A stretch of DNA of 64,000 bases. It comes from Malacoraja senta. Taxonomy: Eukaryota. Where the stretch lies: the NCBI GenBank assembly GCA_038087875.1, contig CM075980.1, positions 9,362,001 to 9,426,000 on the forward strand. Direction: 5' to 3'. Positions 11,971 to 23,749 of this stretch are shown piece by piece (the stretch's first letter is position 1; each line of letters opens with the position of its first letter). The notes below the pieces were generated by a model. The model had not been told where the DNA came from and did no database searches. It saw nothing but the letters and a program-made list of their open reading frames with translations. The translations under genes were made by a program, and so were the position numbers.

Positions 11971-13989
11971 TAATAGAAATCTACCGCGTGGGCAGAAGAT
12001 ACTGATGCAGTCTCCGATTATAACGGTAGATGGCGGTGCAGTACCATACTTCTGTGCTGAAGCTCAACACGCCAATTCTGAAATGGGTCAACCGCAATAT
12101 TATGTGTCTGAGCTCACGTATAGACCAGACCAGCAATAATTGGATTATTTTCCCCTTGAAGGATATATTTGGGATCCAGTTGTTTTGAAATAATCAATCA
12201 AACACCGTGATGTTTCTTTTGAAAGATTCTAGACACTTAACATAATTTAGATTCCACATGTTCTCTTTTGAAAGGCCTCTGCGTTCGTAATGATGTGATT
12301 TCGGTTTGATACCATTGCTTATCTGCACTTCCTTCACCTTTGCAGGGAGCGATTTGGCGGAATCTTTCACTGCATAAAAATATTCTCCTTTCACAGTTTT
12401 CTGATTCTGCTACGGTATAACCAGCTTGAGAGCTAACCTCTCCGGTTACTCAATACTATGTTCTTTGCAACCCAACATATATCACAGGTTTTGCTCACTA
12501 CTCTCGCGATGTATCTTTCTACCTTGCCAGATGTGTGCTCATGAACCTAAAGTCCCTCTGTTCCTGCGCACTATGAACTACATTGCCCCCCCCCCGCCTT
12601 CTATACACAAGGCAAAATTTCCTAGCTCATACTTCTCTGTGAGAGATTTCATCCATCATTCATCTGCTCATTCTCGTGTCATATTTAAATTTGAAGTGCA
12701 CGCTGAGTACTCCTCTCTCTCTCCTGCGTGTAAGCCGCTATTCTATCACGATTGTCGATGTGAATATATTGCTGTCGGTAGAGAACTCAACTAGGTATGG
12801 GGATAGAGGAGAATGAAATAATTGGCCAAAATGTTCGTGCATACTGAATGTGAATAATAAGAATGTTACCTTATATATCTCCGGGAGAGCCTTTAATTTT
12901 CCCCCCGACAAACATGAAGACAGTTGCAAACAGGATTTTGTACATTTGATTGTGTTTGCTTTATCTATGACTTGCCCAAAATCGAAGCTCTGGACAATGC
13001 GGAGTGGTTGCTTTGAATTTATTGTTGCTATTCTCCATTACATAGTTTATTGTATTTGATGGACCTGTTCGGCAAATTCTGAGTAATTGTGGGTCTGGAG
13101 TCACATACATTTTAGACTTTTCCTTCTTAAAGTAACTGAAATCACTTTTAATTACAACCCAATAGCGTCATGCTTGCGTTACCAATTCCAGCTTTTAATT
13201 TCAGATTTACTTTAACTGTGATATCAGCGCCAAATCACAGAATTATATTGAATTCAGTTATCTCCAATTGAGCTGAATATCAAAAAGACTACAGGTAAGA
13301 TACGTGATTCATTAATTCAAAGAATATTAATGTTTGTTTTGCGTCTTATTCTATCACGAATGGACAATAATGGCGTTCCACGTTGGACTGGGGAGAAGAA
13401 CACGAAATATACATGAATATCATTCTCCACTTTCATTAGTGACATTACTTCAGACCTCCATGAGCTGCATTTGCCATCTACATCCACCATTCAGATGTCC
13501 GCACTCACCAAGCTTATTTCTTCAGATCTGGCCTGGCAGCTGTCTCCAGCTTTCTGCAAGGAGACCCTGAACGCGGGCTGGGACTGGGGTGAGTAGGTCT
13601 GAGGTAGCCGCGGCAACGGACTTGCCCTTGAGACAGGCAGGATACATCCATCCCCATGTTTCCATGTCCTCTAGAGATGCTGCACGACCCGCTGAGTTTC
13701 TCCAGCACATTGTGGTTTTTTAAAAATCAGCAGCTGAAGTTCTCAGTACCCCCCAAGGTTTCCATCTATAAATTTGCCAAGGTGTTTGTTTCTGAATATC
13801 AATGAAAGTCATAAAGATAAAAAATACGACGGCATGAGATGAACGCTATTCTCTTAAAAGAAACAAACAGAAAATCAAATTACATCTCATTTAACACTGA
13901 GAACTCTTGCTTGCAGAAACATCGCAGGCACGTGGACTGAGACAGAAAAAAACACACAGGAACAAATTATACATCAATTATACATACAA

Positions 13990-14700
13990 ATCTGAAAGAA
14001 ACAAACAAGATTGCGTCCTAAAACATAATAATATAAAACATGTCGATAGTGTGCAAGGAATGGGGCATGGTGTCCCTTTGTTGAGGCACGATTAGGGGTA
14101 TGTAGGTCCTTCCAAAAACTGGATAGTTGTAGGCAAGTAACTGTTCTTGAACCGGGTGGTGTACTTTCTGTAGTAGATCTGTAAAAGTTTGTTGGAGTAT
14201 TTGGAGACATAAAGTATTTCTTTAAAATTCTTTGAAAGTAGAAGCATTGGCGCTCCTTCGTGGATGCATTTGTTTGCTGGGCCCGAGACAAGTCATCCAC
14301 GATGTTAATGCCGTGAATTTAAAGCTGATAACTCTCTCCACCACTGCTCCACCAAAAACAAACTGTGCTGAGGTCCCCGGACTTCCTCTTTCTGAAGTCA
14401 GCGACCACTTCGGTCTTGTTGCTTTGGAGCGAAAGGTTGTTGTTCTGATTCCACTCAACCAAGTGTTCATCTCTCTTTATGTTCACGCAGCACTATCAGC
14501 GATTCATCCAAACAGAATGGTATTGGGGGTGAATTAATAGATGACTTTGGAGCTGTGGGTGTAAAGGAAGTAGCCATGGGCGTAAAGGAAGTAGAACAGG
14601 GTGCAAAGCACGCAGCCTTGAGATGGTCAATGGGGAGGAGATGATGGTCAATGGGGAGGAGATGATGTTCCCCATCCGCACTCGGTCACTTGAAGCTAAT
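13990..14700 (-). mobile_element. Degenerate Rex1-like LINE 3' fragment
   Basis: VERVISFKF, AQQ...LYF.R, FYRSTTES motifs in broken frames. Confidence 0.6.
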
Positions 14701-15744
14701 TCACCAAACAGTAAAATGGAGACTAATCTGATTGTAACCTCTGATGTGCGGTCCCATCCACCTCTGTAACATATCACTACCCACCTTGTTTATTAGGAAT
14801 ATTTATACCTTTGAAAAATAATACCACATTTTCAGAAACGTAATTGATGAGGCTTTCTCCATTCTGATAGATATGTTTGTTTCTTCACTTTTGAAGTAGG
14901 CATTTATTTTTGTGTAACCGGTGACGTTTAGTTTTAGATTACCCCAGACGAATTGTCCTCGCCCTTCACATGCTGATAAGACCCCGCATAATCACCTGTG
15001 CTTCAATTAAAGCACCTCTCACGCTTCTAACCGTCGAGCAATTCCTCATAAGACAACTCACTCGTTGCAGATATGGGTCTACTAGTAATCATTTTCTGAA
15101 TTGCTTCAAAGGCATTTACATTTCAATACTCTGTTCGATTCTGCGATAAAGTATAACTGAAGCACTATCAACCTCTCTCTTTTGCATTCGTTTTTTCTGG
15201 CGTAAGATGCTAACACTGTTACCTTTCCTAGGTAGTTGTTGTACCTCATTCCACCCTGTTGCGAATCCTACCAGGGAACCGATATAATTCTGCATCTCAA
15301 AACACTGCAAACTGTCATAATGTAAATAGGAAGGGCCTCGACCCGAAACGTCACCCATTCCTTCTCCCCAGAGATGCTGCCTGTCCCGCTGAGTTACTCC
15401 AGTCTTTTGTGTCTATATTGTAAAGAACATTATTTTATATCATTTACCCTTCCAAAATTGACATTTCACATGTTCCCACATCGTGCATTTACCAGGCATT
15501 TGCCCATTCACTGGAACTATCCACATGCACGGCTGCCTTGTTTGGTTCTTCATGTCATTAGCAAATTCAACAGCCAGACATTTTTCAGCCGTGTGTATAC
15601 ATTTTTGGAAATTGGGGCTCCAGCACCGATCTATGAGGCACATACGTTTTTGCATCTTTCCAACCAGAAATTAGCCTGTTTATGCGTTTTCTATATTTCC
15701 AACTGATCGCCCAATGTTCTGTTCTTCCGATGACCATAAACTTC

Positions 15745-16830
15745 AGGACTCTTAGGATATAGGAGCAGGAGTAGGCCATTCGGTCCTTCGAGCAGCACCT
15801 CCATTCAATATGATCATGGCTGATCATCCAAAATCAGTACCCCGTACCTGCTTTCTCCCACATCCCTTGATTCCGTCAGCCCTAAAAGCTATATCTAACT
15901 CTCTCTTGAACATATCCAGTGAATTGGCCTCCACTGCCTTCAGTGGCAGAGAATACAACAGATTCACAACTCTCTGGGTAAAAATGTGTTTCCGCATCTC
16001 AGTCCTAAATGCCCTACCTCTTATTTTTAAACGGGAACCCCTGCTTCTTGACTCCCCTAACATCGGGCATATGTTACCTGCATCTAACGCATCCAATCCC
16101 TTAAGAATGTTATATCTTTCTATAAGAACCCCTCTCAGCCTTCCGAATTCCAGTGCATATAAGCCCAGTCAATCATTTGTCAGTTACACCATACCGGGAA
16201 TTAATCTGGTGAACCTACGTTGCACTCCCTCAATAGAAAGAATGTCCTTCTTCAAATTAGGCAACTAAAACGGCACACATTTCTCCAGGTGTGGTCTCAC
16301 CAGGGCCCTGCAGTAGGTCCACCTTTCTCCAATACTCAAATCCTCTCGCTATGAAAGCCTACATGCAATTTGCTTTCTTCACTGCCTGCTGTACCTGCAT
16401 GCTTTCTTTCAGTGACTGATGTTCAAGGACACACAGGTCTCGTTGCACCTCCCCTTTCCCTAATCTGACACCATTGAGATAATAATCTGACCTTTTTTTG
16501 CCACCAAAGTGGATAACCTCATATTTATCCACACAATACTGCATCTGCCATGCATCTGCCCACTCACCCATCTTGTCCGCCACCCTGCAGCCTCATAGCA
16601 TCTTCCTCGCAGCTCACACTGCCACCCAGCTTTGTGTGATCCGCAAACTTGGAGATGTTACATTTAATTCCTTCATCATCGTCAATATATATTGTAAATA
16701 ACCGAGGTCCCATCACTGAGTCTTGTGGCACTCCACTAGTAACTGCCTGCCATTCTGAAAAGAACCCACTAATTCCTACTCTTTGCTTCCTGTCTGCCAT
16801 ACAGTTCTCCATCCGTCAATACCCTACCCG
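15745..16830 (-). mobile_element. CR1 LINE fragment
   Basis: VTSGVPQDSVMGPRLFTIYIDD, ISKFADHTKLGG, FTQRVVNL motifs; CR1 3' tail at the left end. Confidence 0.8.
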
Positions 16831-16959
16831 CAATATTACCGTATTATTTACCATATCAACCTTTGATTCATCTCCTTAACAAATGCCTGCTCGAAATTAT
16901 ATTTGCCTGGCATGGTACTTCTTCAAAGCCTTCCGTTAAGTTAGTGAAACATCGTTCAT

Positions 16960-17650
16960 GAATTCATAGATTGTAGGAGGAGAATTTGGCTATTCGGCCC
17001 ATCAATTCTACCCCGCCATTCTATCACGCTTGATTTATCTTTTCTTCTCAACCCCATTCTCCTGACTTCTTCTCATAACCCTTAACATAGTTACTAATCA
17101 ACAACCACTCAATCTCCACCTTAAAAATATCAATTGACTTGGCTTCCACAGCCTTCTGTGGCAATGAATTCCACAGATTCACCACCCTCTCACTAAAGGA
17201 TTTCCTCCTCATCTCCTTTTTAAATGGACGTGCTTTTATTGTGAGGCATTCACCTCTGGTCCTAGACTCCCCCGCTCGGCGAAACATCCACTCCACATCC
17301 ACTCTATCCAGGCCTTCACAATTCGGTTAATTTCGAAGAGGTCTCTCCCCTCTCATCCTCATAAATTATATAGCGAGCACGGATCCAGTACCGTCAAACG
17401 CTCATCACACGTTAACCCAATTATCCCTGGGATCACCCACGTAAACCTCCTCTGGACCCTCTCCAATGCCAGCTCATCCTTCCTCAGATTGGAGCCCAAA
17501 ACTGCTCACAACACTCCAAATGCGGTCTGACCAGTGCCTTATAAAGGCTCAGCATTACATCCCTGTTTTTGTATTTTGTTTTTGTGTTCTGGCCCTCTCG
17601 AAAGAAATGCTTTCCTTGCTGCCGACTTGTAAATTAACTTTTGGGAAATC
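16960..17650 (-). mobile_element. Second CR1 3' fragment
   Basis: GESRTRG...RPFKKEMRR..FSERVVNLWNSLPQKAVEA. Confidence 0.7.
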
Positions 17651-18299
17651 CTGCACCAGCACTCCTGAGCCCCTTTGCTCTCTCTTTATGAACAACATTT
17701 TAACTTTTGCGAGATAATCTGGATCATTTTGTCAGTACCCTTTATATCGTTTTGGTAACAGCTTCCAATATTTCTCCAGGACAGATGTGCAACCAACTGG
17801 CCTGCGGTGGACGACTTTCTGTCTCTCTTCCTTTCTGAACGTCCATGGTAGTTTTGAAATAAAAAAATTCAAACCAAAGAATTCAGTACTGCAAGGGAAT
17901 TAATTAAGACTCTAGAATGAAATACAATACATCTCAACGCCCTGTCAGCCCGATGAAAAATTACCATTTAAATAATCTGCCATCTCCATATTCCCCTTTA
18001 ATTATACGACTGCGAATTATTTGTAGGAAAAGACAAATGTATTATTTTATACTTATTTGGAAGCTTAAGGGGATTAGTGCAAAGTCTGTACAGTCCCATC
18101 ATTCAACACAGCTGACCCCTTTTACTCAGTAAATAACAGCCTGCTCTCACACAACAGTTCCCGTCTGAGTCTCAGAGCTTCTCTCCCCCTCCCCCCGCCG
18201 CCGTTGAGATCACCGTTGTCTGCTATTCTCCTCCCACTTAAAACAATATGAATATTTCTTTCTCCCAAAGGGCTGGAGCTGCAGTAATCTCATTTTACA

Positions 18300-18458
18300 C
18301 CGAGCCAATAATTCAGTGAATCGATGTCACGTGGATAAAGGTTTAGCCTGAATAATTAATAATTAGTGACGTTGGGATGCTGAAGACTTTAAAAGAGAAG
18401 CGTCGAAAGGGCTCAAAACCTCGCTTGTGTAGCAAAATATTGCTTTATCACCTTCGAC
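18300..18458 (+). promoter_or_regulatory. IgL cluster 2 proximal promoter (octamer-like site degenerate)
   Basis: Same block as cluster 1, with GTTTAGCCT at 18341-18349 and TCACGTGG. Confidence 0.5.
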
Positions 18459-18504
18459 ATGGCTGCATGGGTTTGGGTTCTCGCCTTGGTGACCTGTTTC
18501 CACT
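18459..18504 (+). CDS. IGL: IgL cluster 2 leader exon
   Basis: Same sequence as the cluster 1 leader; GTGAGT donor at 18505. Confidence 0.9.
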
Positions 18505-18598
18505 GTGAGTAGAGCGCAGAATGATTAATGTTGTATCGCTTTACAATCTGCTGTGTTTTTTCTAATGGTTCTGTATATTTATCTGTTTTTTCTATCAG

Positions 18599-18946
18599 GT
18601 ATAAACGCGGAGACTACCTTGACTCAGGTCCCGGCTATATCAACGTCGCCGGGAAAAACCGTCAAAATCACCTGTACCCTGTCAGGGGGCAGCATCGGTA
18701 GCTACTACACGAGCTGGTACTGGCAGAAGCCGGACAGCAGCCCTGTCTTCGTGTGGTATCACAGCTCCACCAGAGGCACCGGAATTCCAGACAGATTCAC
18801 GGGTTCCGTGGACTCATCCATTAACCAAATGCATTTAACCATCACCAACGTGCAATCGGAGGACGCGGCCGATTATTACTGTGGTGCGTGCCACGGCAGT
18901 AACTACAAATTCACCTTTGGGAGAGGAACCAAACTGAATCTAAGCA
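18599..18946 (+). CDS. IGL: IgL cluster 2 germline-joined VJ exon (CDR3 CGACHGSNYKFTF)
   Basis: Intact V and J motifs and splice sites. Confidence 0.95.
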
Positions 18947-21339
18947 GTAAGTAAAATATTCACGTTTTGATACAACGAATCGTTGAACTTAGGTTTTGCT
19001 TTCTTCATAAATCCTCGGTAGAAAGATCATATTAAACCTAAGTAGAACACAACGGGTCAGCTAGCATCTCCGGTAGACGTATGGATGGGCAATATTTCGT
19101 GTCGGAACAAAGTCTCTTTGGGAGACTGGACCGAAAGGAAAATCGTCGTTCTATGTCCTCCAGAGATGCTGTCGGATCCGCTGTGCTGTACTCAAGATGG
19201 CAACTTGTTTCTCCTACGTGAACTTGGTGTTTATGATCCTTTATCTCCATCCCTACAACACTCCGAGAAATCTGCGCTCACCTAACCGTGGCTTCTTGAT
19301 CATCGTGGAATTTAACGCCTTCACATACTGACAGTTGTGCTTCAAAGTTGTTACATTCTGGAATGATATCCTGAAGCTCTATTTTCCCCTTTCTTCCCAG
19401 ATGTTCATGAAATCTGTTCCTTTAACAGAAATACCGATTCTCTGATTTGAAGTATCCTCAAATGGCGGGTTTCGTCCGAGACTGCTGCTATTGATCACTT
19501 TGCTTCAATATAAGCGTAATGCAAACGAAAACTGTTGCCGTTTCCTGAAGAAATGTTCGGGAAATTATGAGATTTTATTAGTTTTCGGTATATTGTGGAT
19601 ACGGAGAATACCAACTTTGACGGTGGGCCAAACAGAATCATTGGAAGCATCCAAATGAAAGTTAATAAGCATTTGGCAAGGGATGTTGGTGAATTAACTG
19701 GGATATTTTTTAAATTGCAAATACCCATTAGGGCAAATTGCGCGAAGTTGATTTCTGATCGTTTTAATGATACCATGAGGGTGAAGTGGCGTTTCGACAG
19801 GTCTACATGCGCTCCCGACAATAGCGCTAAAACTAATTGTCAAGGAAAAGGTAAAAAAACAAATATTTAAACGCTTCGCACGGCACCATTTCAATTCCCT
19901 TTACGCGAAAGTGTGGAGGATTGTTGCAAGTCTGATTCAGCTCCGAAATTAGAAAGAAGAGCAGAACCGTATTCGGATTCATTTCTCGTTCAGCTAGCCA
20001 TTGCCACCTTAGCTGATCACATTTGTGTGGATATGCCGTCAGACACTTTGTACCCACCTTGTAGAACCTGCAAGGGATTTTGATGCTGGTTCTCCGATTG
20101 TCATCGAGTGTACGATGCAGCAGAAAACACAGCCTGTTCATTATGCTGTTAAACATGATCCCTCTGATTGTTGATTTTATTTACGGGCAGTTGGTAGACC
20201 GACATGTTAAAAAGCTTAAAAGAGCGAGACATCATTTTGCCATTTTCGGATAAATTAGTGCAGAAATGGGCACACAAGTATACGAGGTTATTGCTGAATT
20301 GCCTAGAATCGAAAGATTGGAAGGATATATTAGAGCCTCTTTAAATTCAGCATTAGCTTGATATGTTTTTTTAAGTCCGAATATGTTGGATGTTAAACCC
20401 AGAGCTGTCTCGATATGTGTCAGAAGGAATTTGAATCTGACAAAACATTTCTTTAGTTTTACCTTTCATATTGCTGATCGCCTCAATGCTTGAATCAATG
20501 GACTTTCTGGACGATGTGGAAGTTTCACTAATAAGTAACATTCTAAAGACTATTCCGGGAAAGAATTGGGATTACTGTTTAAACAAGCATTAATTTGGAA
20601 ATGCTGCTCATTCTGCCAGGATGAGTTGTGATTCCATTTTTCCTTCCCGTTTCCATGATCTGAAGAAAATCGTAGGCCACATGTTTTACCAAACCTCGGA
20701 TATTCGCACAGTAAAAATTAACATATCATGTTTCTGCTGTATAAAATGAGGTTTATAAATCAACGGTAATTGTAAAACCAGTGCAGTACACGGCCATAGA
20801 GCCACAGTCATAGAGTTATGCAGCGGTGGAACAGTCCTGAAGTCCACCTATTTCATGCCGACCGAGGTGCCCTACTTGAGCTGGTCCCATTTGCGCGTGC
20901 CAGGCCCATATCTCTTTGAACCTTTCTTATCCAAGTATTAATTCAAATGTTTTTTTAAGTGGTGTTATTGTACCTGCCTCATCAACTTCGCCGGGGAACT
21001 CTTTCCATGGAGTCAACGCATTATGTGTACAAATGTTGCACTGAACCTAAACCCTCTAATTCTTCATTCTCCTACTATGGGGAAAACCATAAGTATTCCG
21101 TGCGCTAACCCTATGTATTCCCCTCGCGATTTTGTATACCGCCATGCGATCACCCTAAGGACTTCTACATACCAAGGACTAACGTCCTCGCATGTCCAAT
21201 CTATGCCTATAGTTCAGGCGTTCGAAACCTGGCACCGTCGTCGTAAATCTTGCCTGGAGTCGTTCCAACTGAATCGATTCTGACTTTTAACGTCAACTGA
21301 TAAATAACTCACTTGAATATATTTCAATTCTATTTTCAG

Positions 21340-21662
21340 GTCCGCGGCCCCCCACCGTTTCCATTCTGGCGCCTTCAATGGGTGAAGTCACCGCAAAAAG
21401 TACTGCCACCCTGGTGTGTTTGGTTAGCGGGTTCAATCCGGGCGCTGTTGACATTGAATGGACCGTAGACGGCAGTGCGAGAAGTGATGGCGCTGCGACC
21501 AGCCGGGTCCAGCAGGAGAAGGACAACTCGTTCAGTGCGAGCAGTTACCTGACTCTGCGAGCCTCCGACTGGAACTCACACGACCTTTACTCCTGTGTGG
21601 TTAAACACGAAACCCAGGCAAACCCGATTAAGGCCAATATCGCCAGATCCAGTTGCCTCTAA
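21340..21662 (+). CDS. IGL: IgL cluster 2 constant exon
   Basis: Acceptor TTTTCAG|GT; intact; differs from cluster 1 C at 2 nt (one silent, one Pro>Arg). Confidence 0.95.
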
Positions 21663-21926
21663 TTCAAAGGATGAAATTCCCGAATTGCTGCATTTCTTTG
21701 TAAATTAATGCAATATTCAGATATCGAATGTTCGCTTTAACAGGGTATTTGTTCAAACGCAGCACGTGTGCATTTTGTTGCCTTGAATGCGCTGTCCGTA
21801 TTTTACGATGAACTGAAAAACAATAATGTAACATTTAATGCAATAAACCCGATTATTCTATTTACGATGTATCGTTGTCATTTTCTGTGCAAATGTCCTT
21901 GCCTTCAAAACAATAAAAACAACAAT

Positions 21927-23749
21927 CTGATATGTTCCGCACAAACTTTTTGCCTCTGGTTGAGAAAGCCGAAAAAGATTTTGATCGCTGGTCAGTCTTA
22001 CCGCTATCCCTCGTGGGCCGGATAAATCTGGTTAAGATGGTTGTCCTACCCAAATTCCTGTATCTTTTCCAGCATGTCCCCATACTTATCACCAAATCTT
22101 TTTTTGACAAATTAGAAAGGACAATATCTACATTCTTATGGGGTAGGAAACCGGTCAGAATCCGAAAGGCGATACTGCAGTCGCCTAAGAGTGATGGCGG
22201 TTTGGCCCTCCCTGCTTTTAGGCGATACTACTGGGCAGCTAACTTTCAAAAACTCCTGTATTGGATGAATGATGATTGCGAGCACGCACCGATCTGGGTA
22301 TACATGGAAAAGGCGAGTTCACGTCTCCCATTGCGGTCTGTCCTATGTTCCCAACTCCCCCTTTCTATAACATCTGTGGGTGCAGGCCCTTTCGCTCAAG
22401 ATATGGAGTCAATTTAGGAAAAACCTCGGTTTACAGGGTCCTTCCATCTTGACCCCACTGCTTAAAAATCAATTTTTTAAACCTTCAAGTATAGACCACG
22501 CATTTAAAACCTGGCATAGTAATGGCATCAGTAGTATTAAAAACCTATATAAGGATGGTATATTCTCATCGTTCGCGGAGCTCTCGTCTAACTACAACCT
22601 CCCAAACTCCCACCTTTTTCGGTTTTTCCAGATTAGGGATTTTGTGAAGAAGACATTTCCCTACTTCCCAAATCGCCCTCCTGAAACCATGACTGATATC
22701 ATCTTAGCTTTAGACCCCAATCGGAAGAAATGCATCTCTATTTTGTATAATTTGCTAGGGCCGGTTTTATTGAAACCTCATACCTCATTAAAAGCTGCGT
22801 GGGAGGGAGAGCTGAATACGCAATTAACAGACCAGCAATGGGACTCTGCCTTGGATTTGATCCACTCTTCTTCCATATGCGCTCGTCATGGCCTAATCCA
22901 ATGCAAAGTCCTTTACAAAGTCCACTATACAAATGCAAGATTAGCTAGAATGTACCCAGCTGTGAATGACACCTGTAACAGATGTAGTCAATCTCCTGCC
23001 AACCATAGCCACATGTTTTGGTCTTGCCCTAAGCTAGCAGCCTTTTGGAGGAGTGCTTTTGAATTGATAAGCAGAGCTTACGACCAGACTATTCTTCCAA
23101 ATCAGCCATTTTCGGTACCCCTCCCAATACCAACCTCTCTGTTGCGGTGAAACGGGTCCTAGCTTTTACAACCTTGTTAGCTCGGAGACTGATCTTGCTT
23201 AGTTGGAGGCTCACCTGTGCCCCGACACACGCCCGTTGGATGAAGGAGGTGCTTTACAATCTGAAACTTGAAAAACGTAGGTTCTCTCTCAAAGGCTCTA
23301 CCAAGACATTCCTAGATACATGGAACCTTTTCTTTGAACTGGTTAACTCTCTTACCTTGTCCCCGGACTCGGAAGAGGACTGAGTGTTCTCCATCATCGT
23401 TTTGTTCTACAGCAGCTGCTTTCCCCTTAATCCCCCCTCCCTACAATTGTTTATTTAGATATATATGTATATATATATATATATTTATTTTTTATTTTTT
23501 CTATTTTTATTTTTATATAGCACATTTTGTTTCGTCTATTCTACCATTTGTGTGTGGATGTGTACGTATGTGAGTGTTGTTTGTCCCCGTTTGGCTCCGA
23601 CCGGAATTGTGTGGGTTGAAGGTGGGTAAGGGTAAGAGTTTTGAGGATCGCTTACATACTGTTGTACAATTATGCCTTGATTATTACTGTCTGTTATTAT
23701 TGTATGTATGTAAATTGCCGTGAAATTCAAATAAAAAGATTAAATTCGG
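21927..23749 (+). mobile_element. 5'-truncated L1-clade LINE downstream of cluster 2 C exon
   Basis: ORF2 C-terminal pieces 21932-23383 (LSLVGRINLVKMVVLPKFLYLFQ, GGLALP, CNRC...HMFWSCPKL) split by two frameshifts; near-perfect TSD AATAAAAACAAYAAT at 21912-21926 and 23750-23764; absent from units 1, 3 and 4. Confidence 0.85.

Larger units (their letters stand above)
1..18250 (+). repeat. Tandem IgL cluster unit 1 (promoter-L-VJ-C-spacer)
   Basis: AATATTTCTTTCTCCCAA recurs at 1, 18251, 36841 and 55348, each followed by colinear sequence. Confidence 0.95.
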
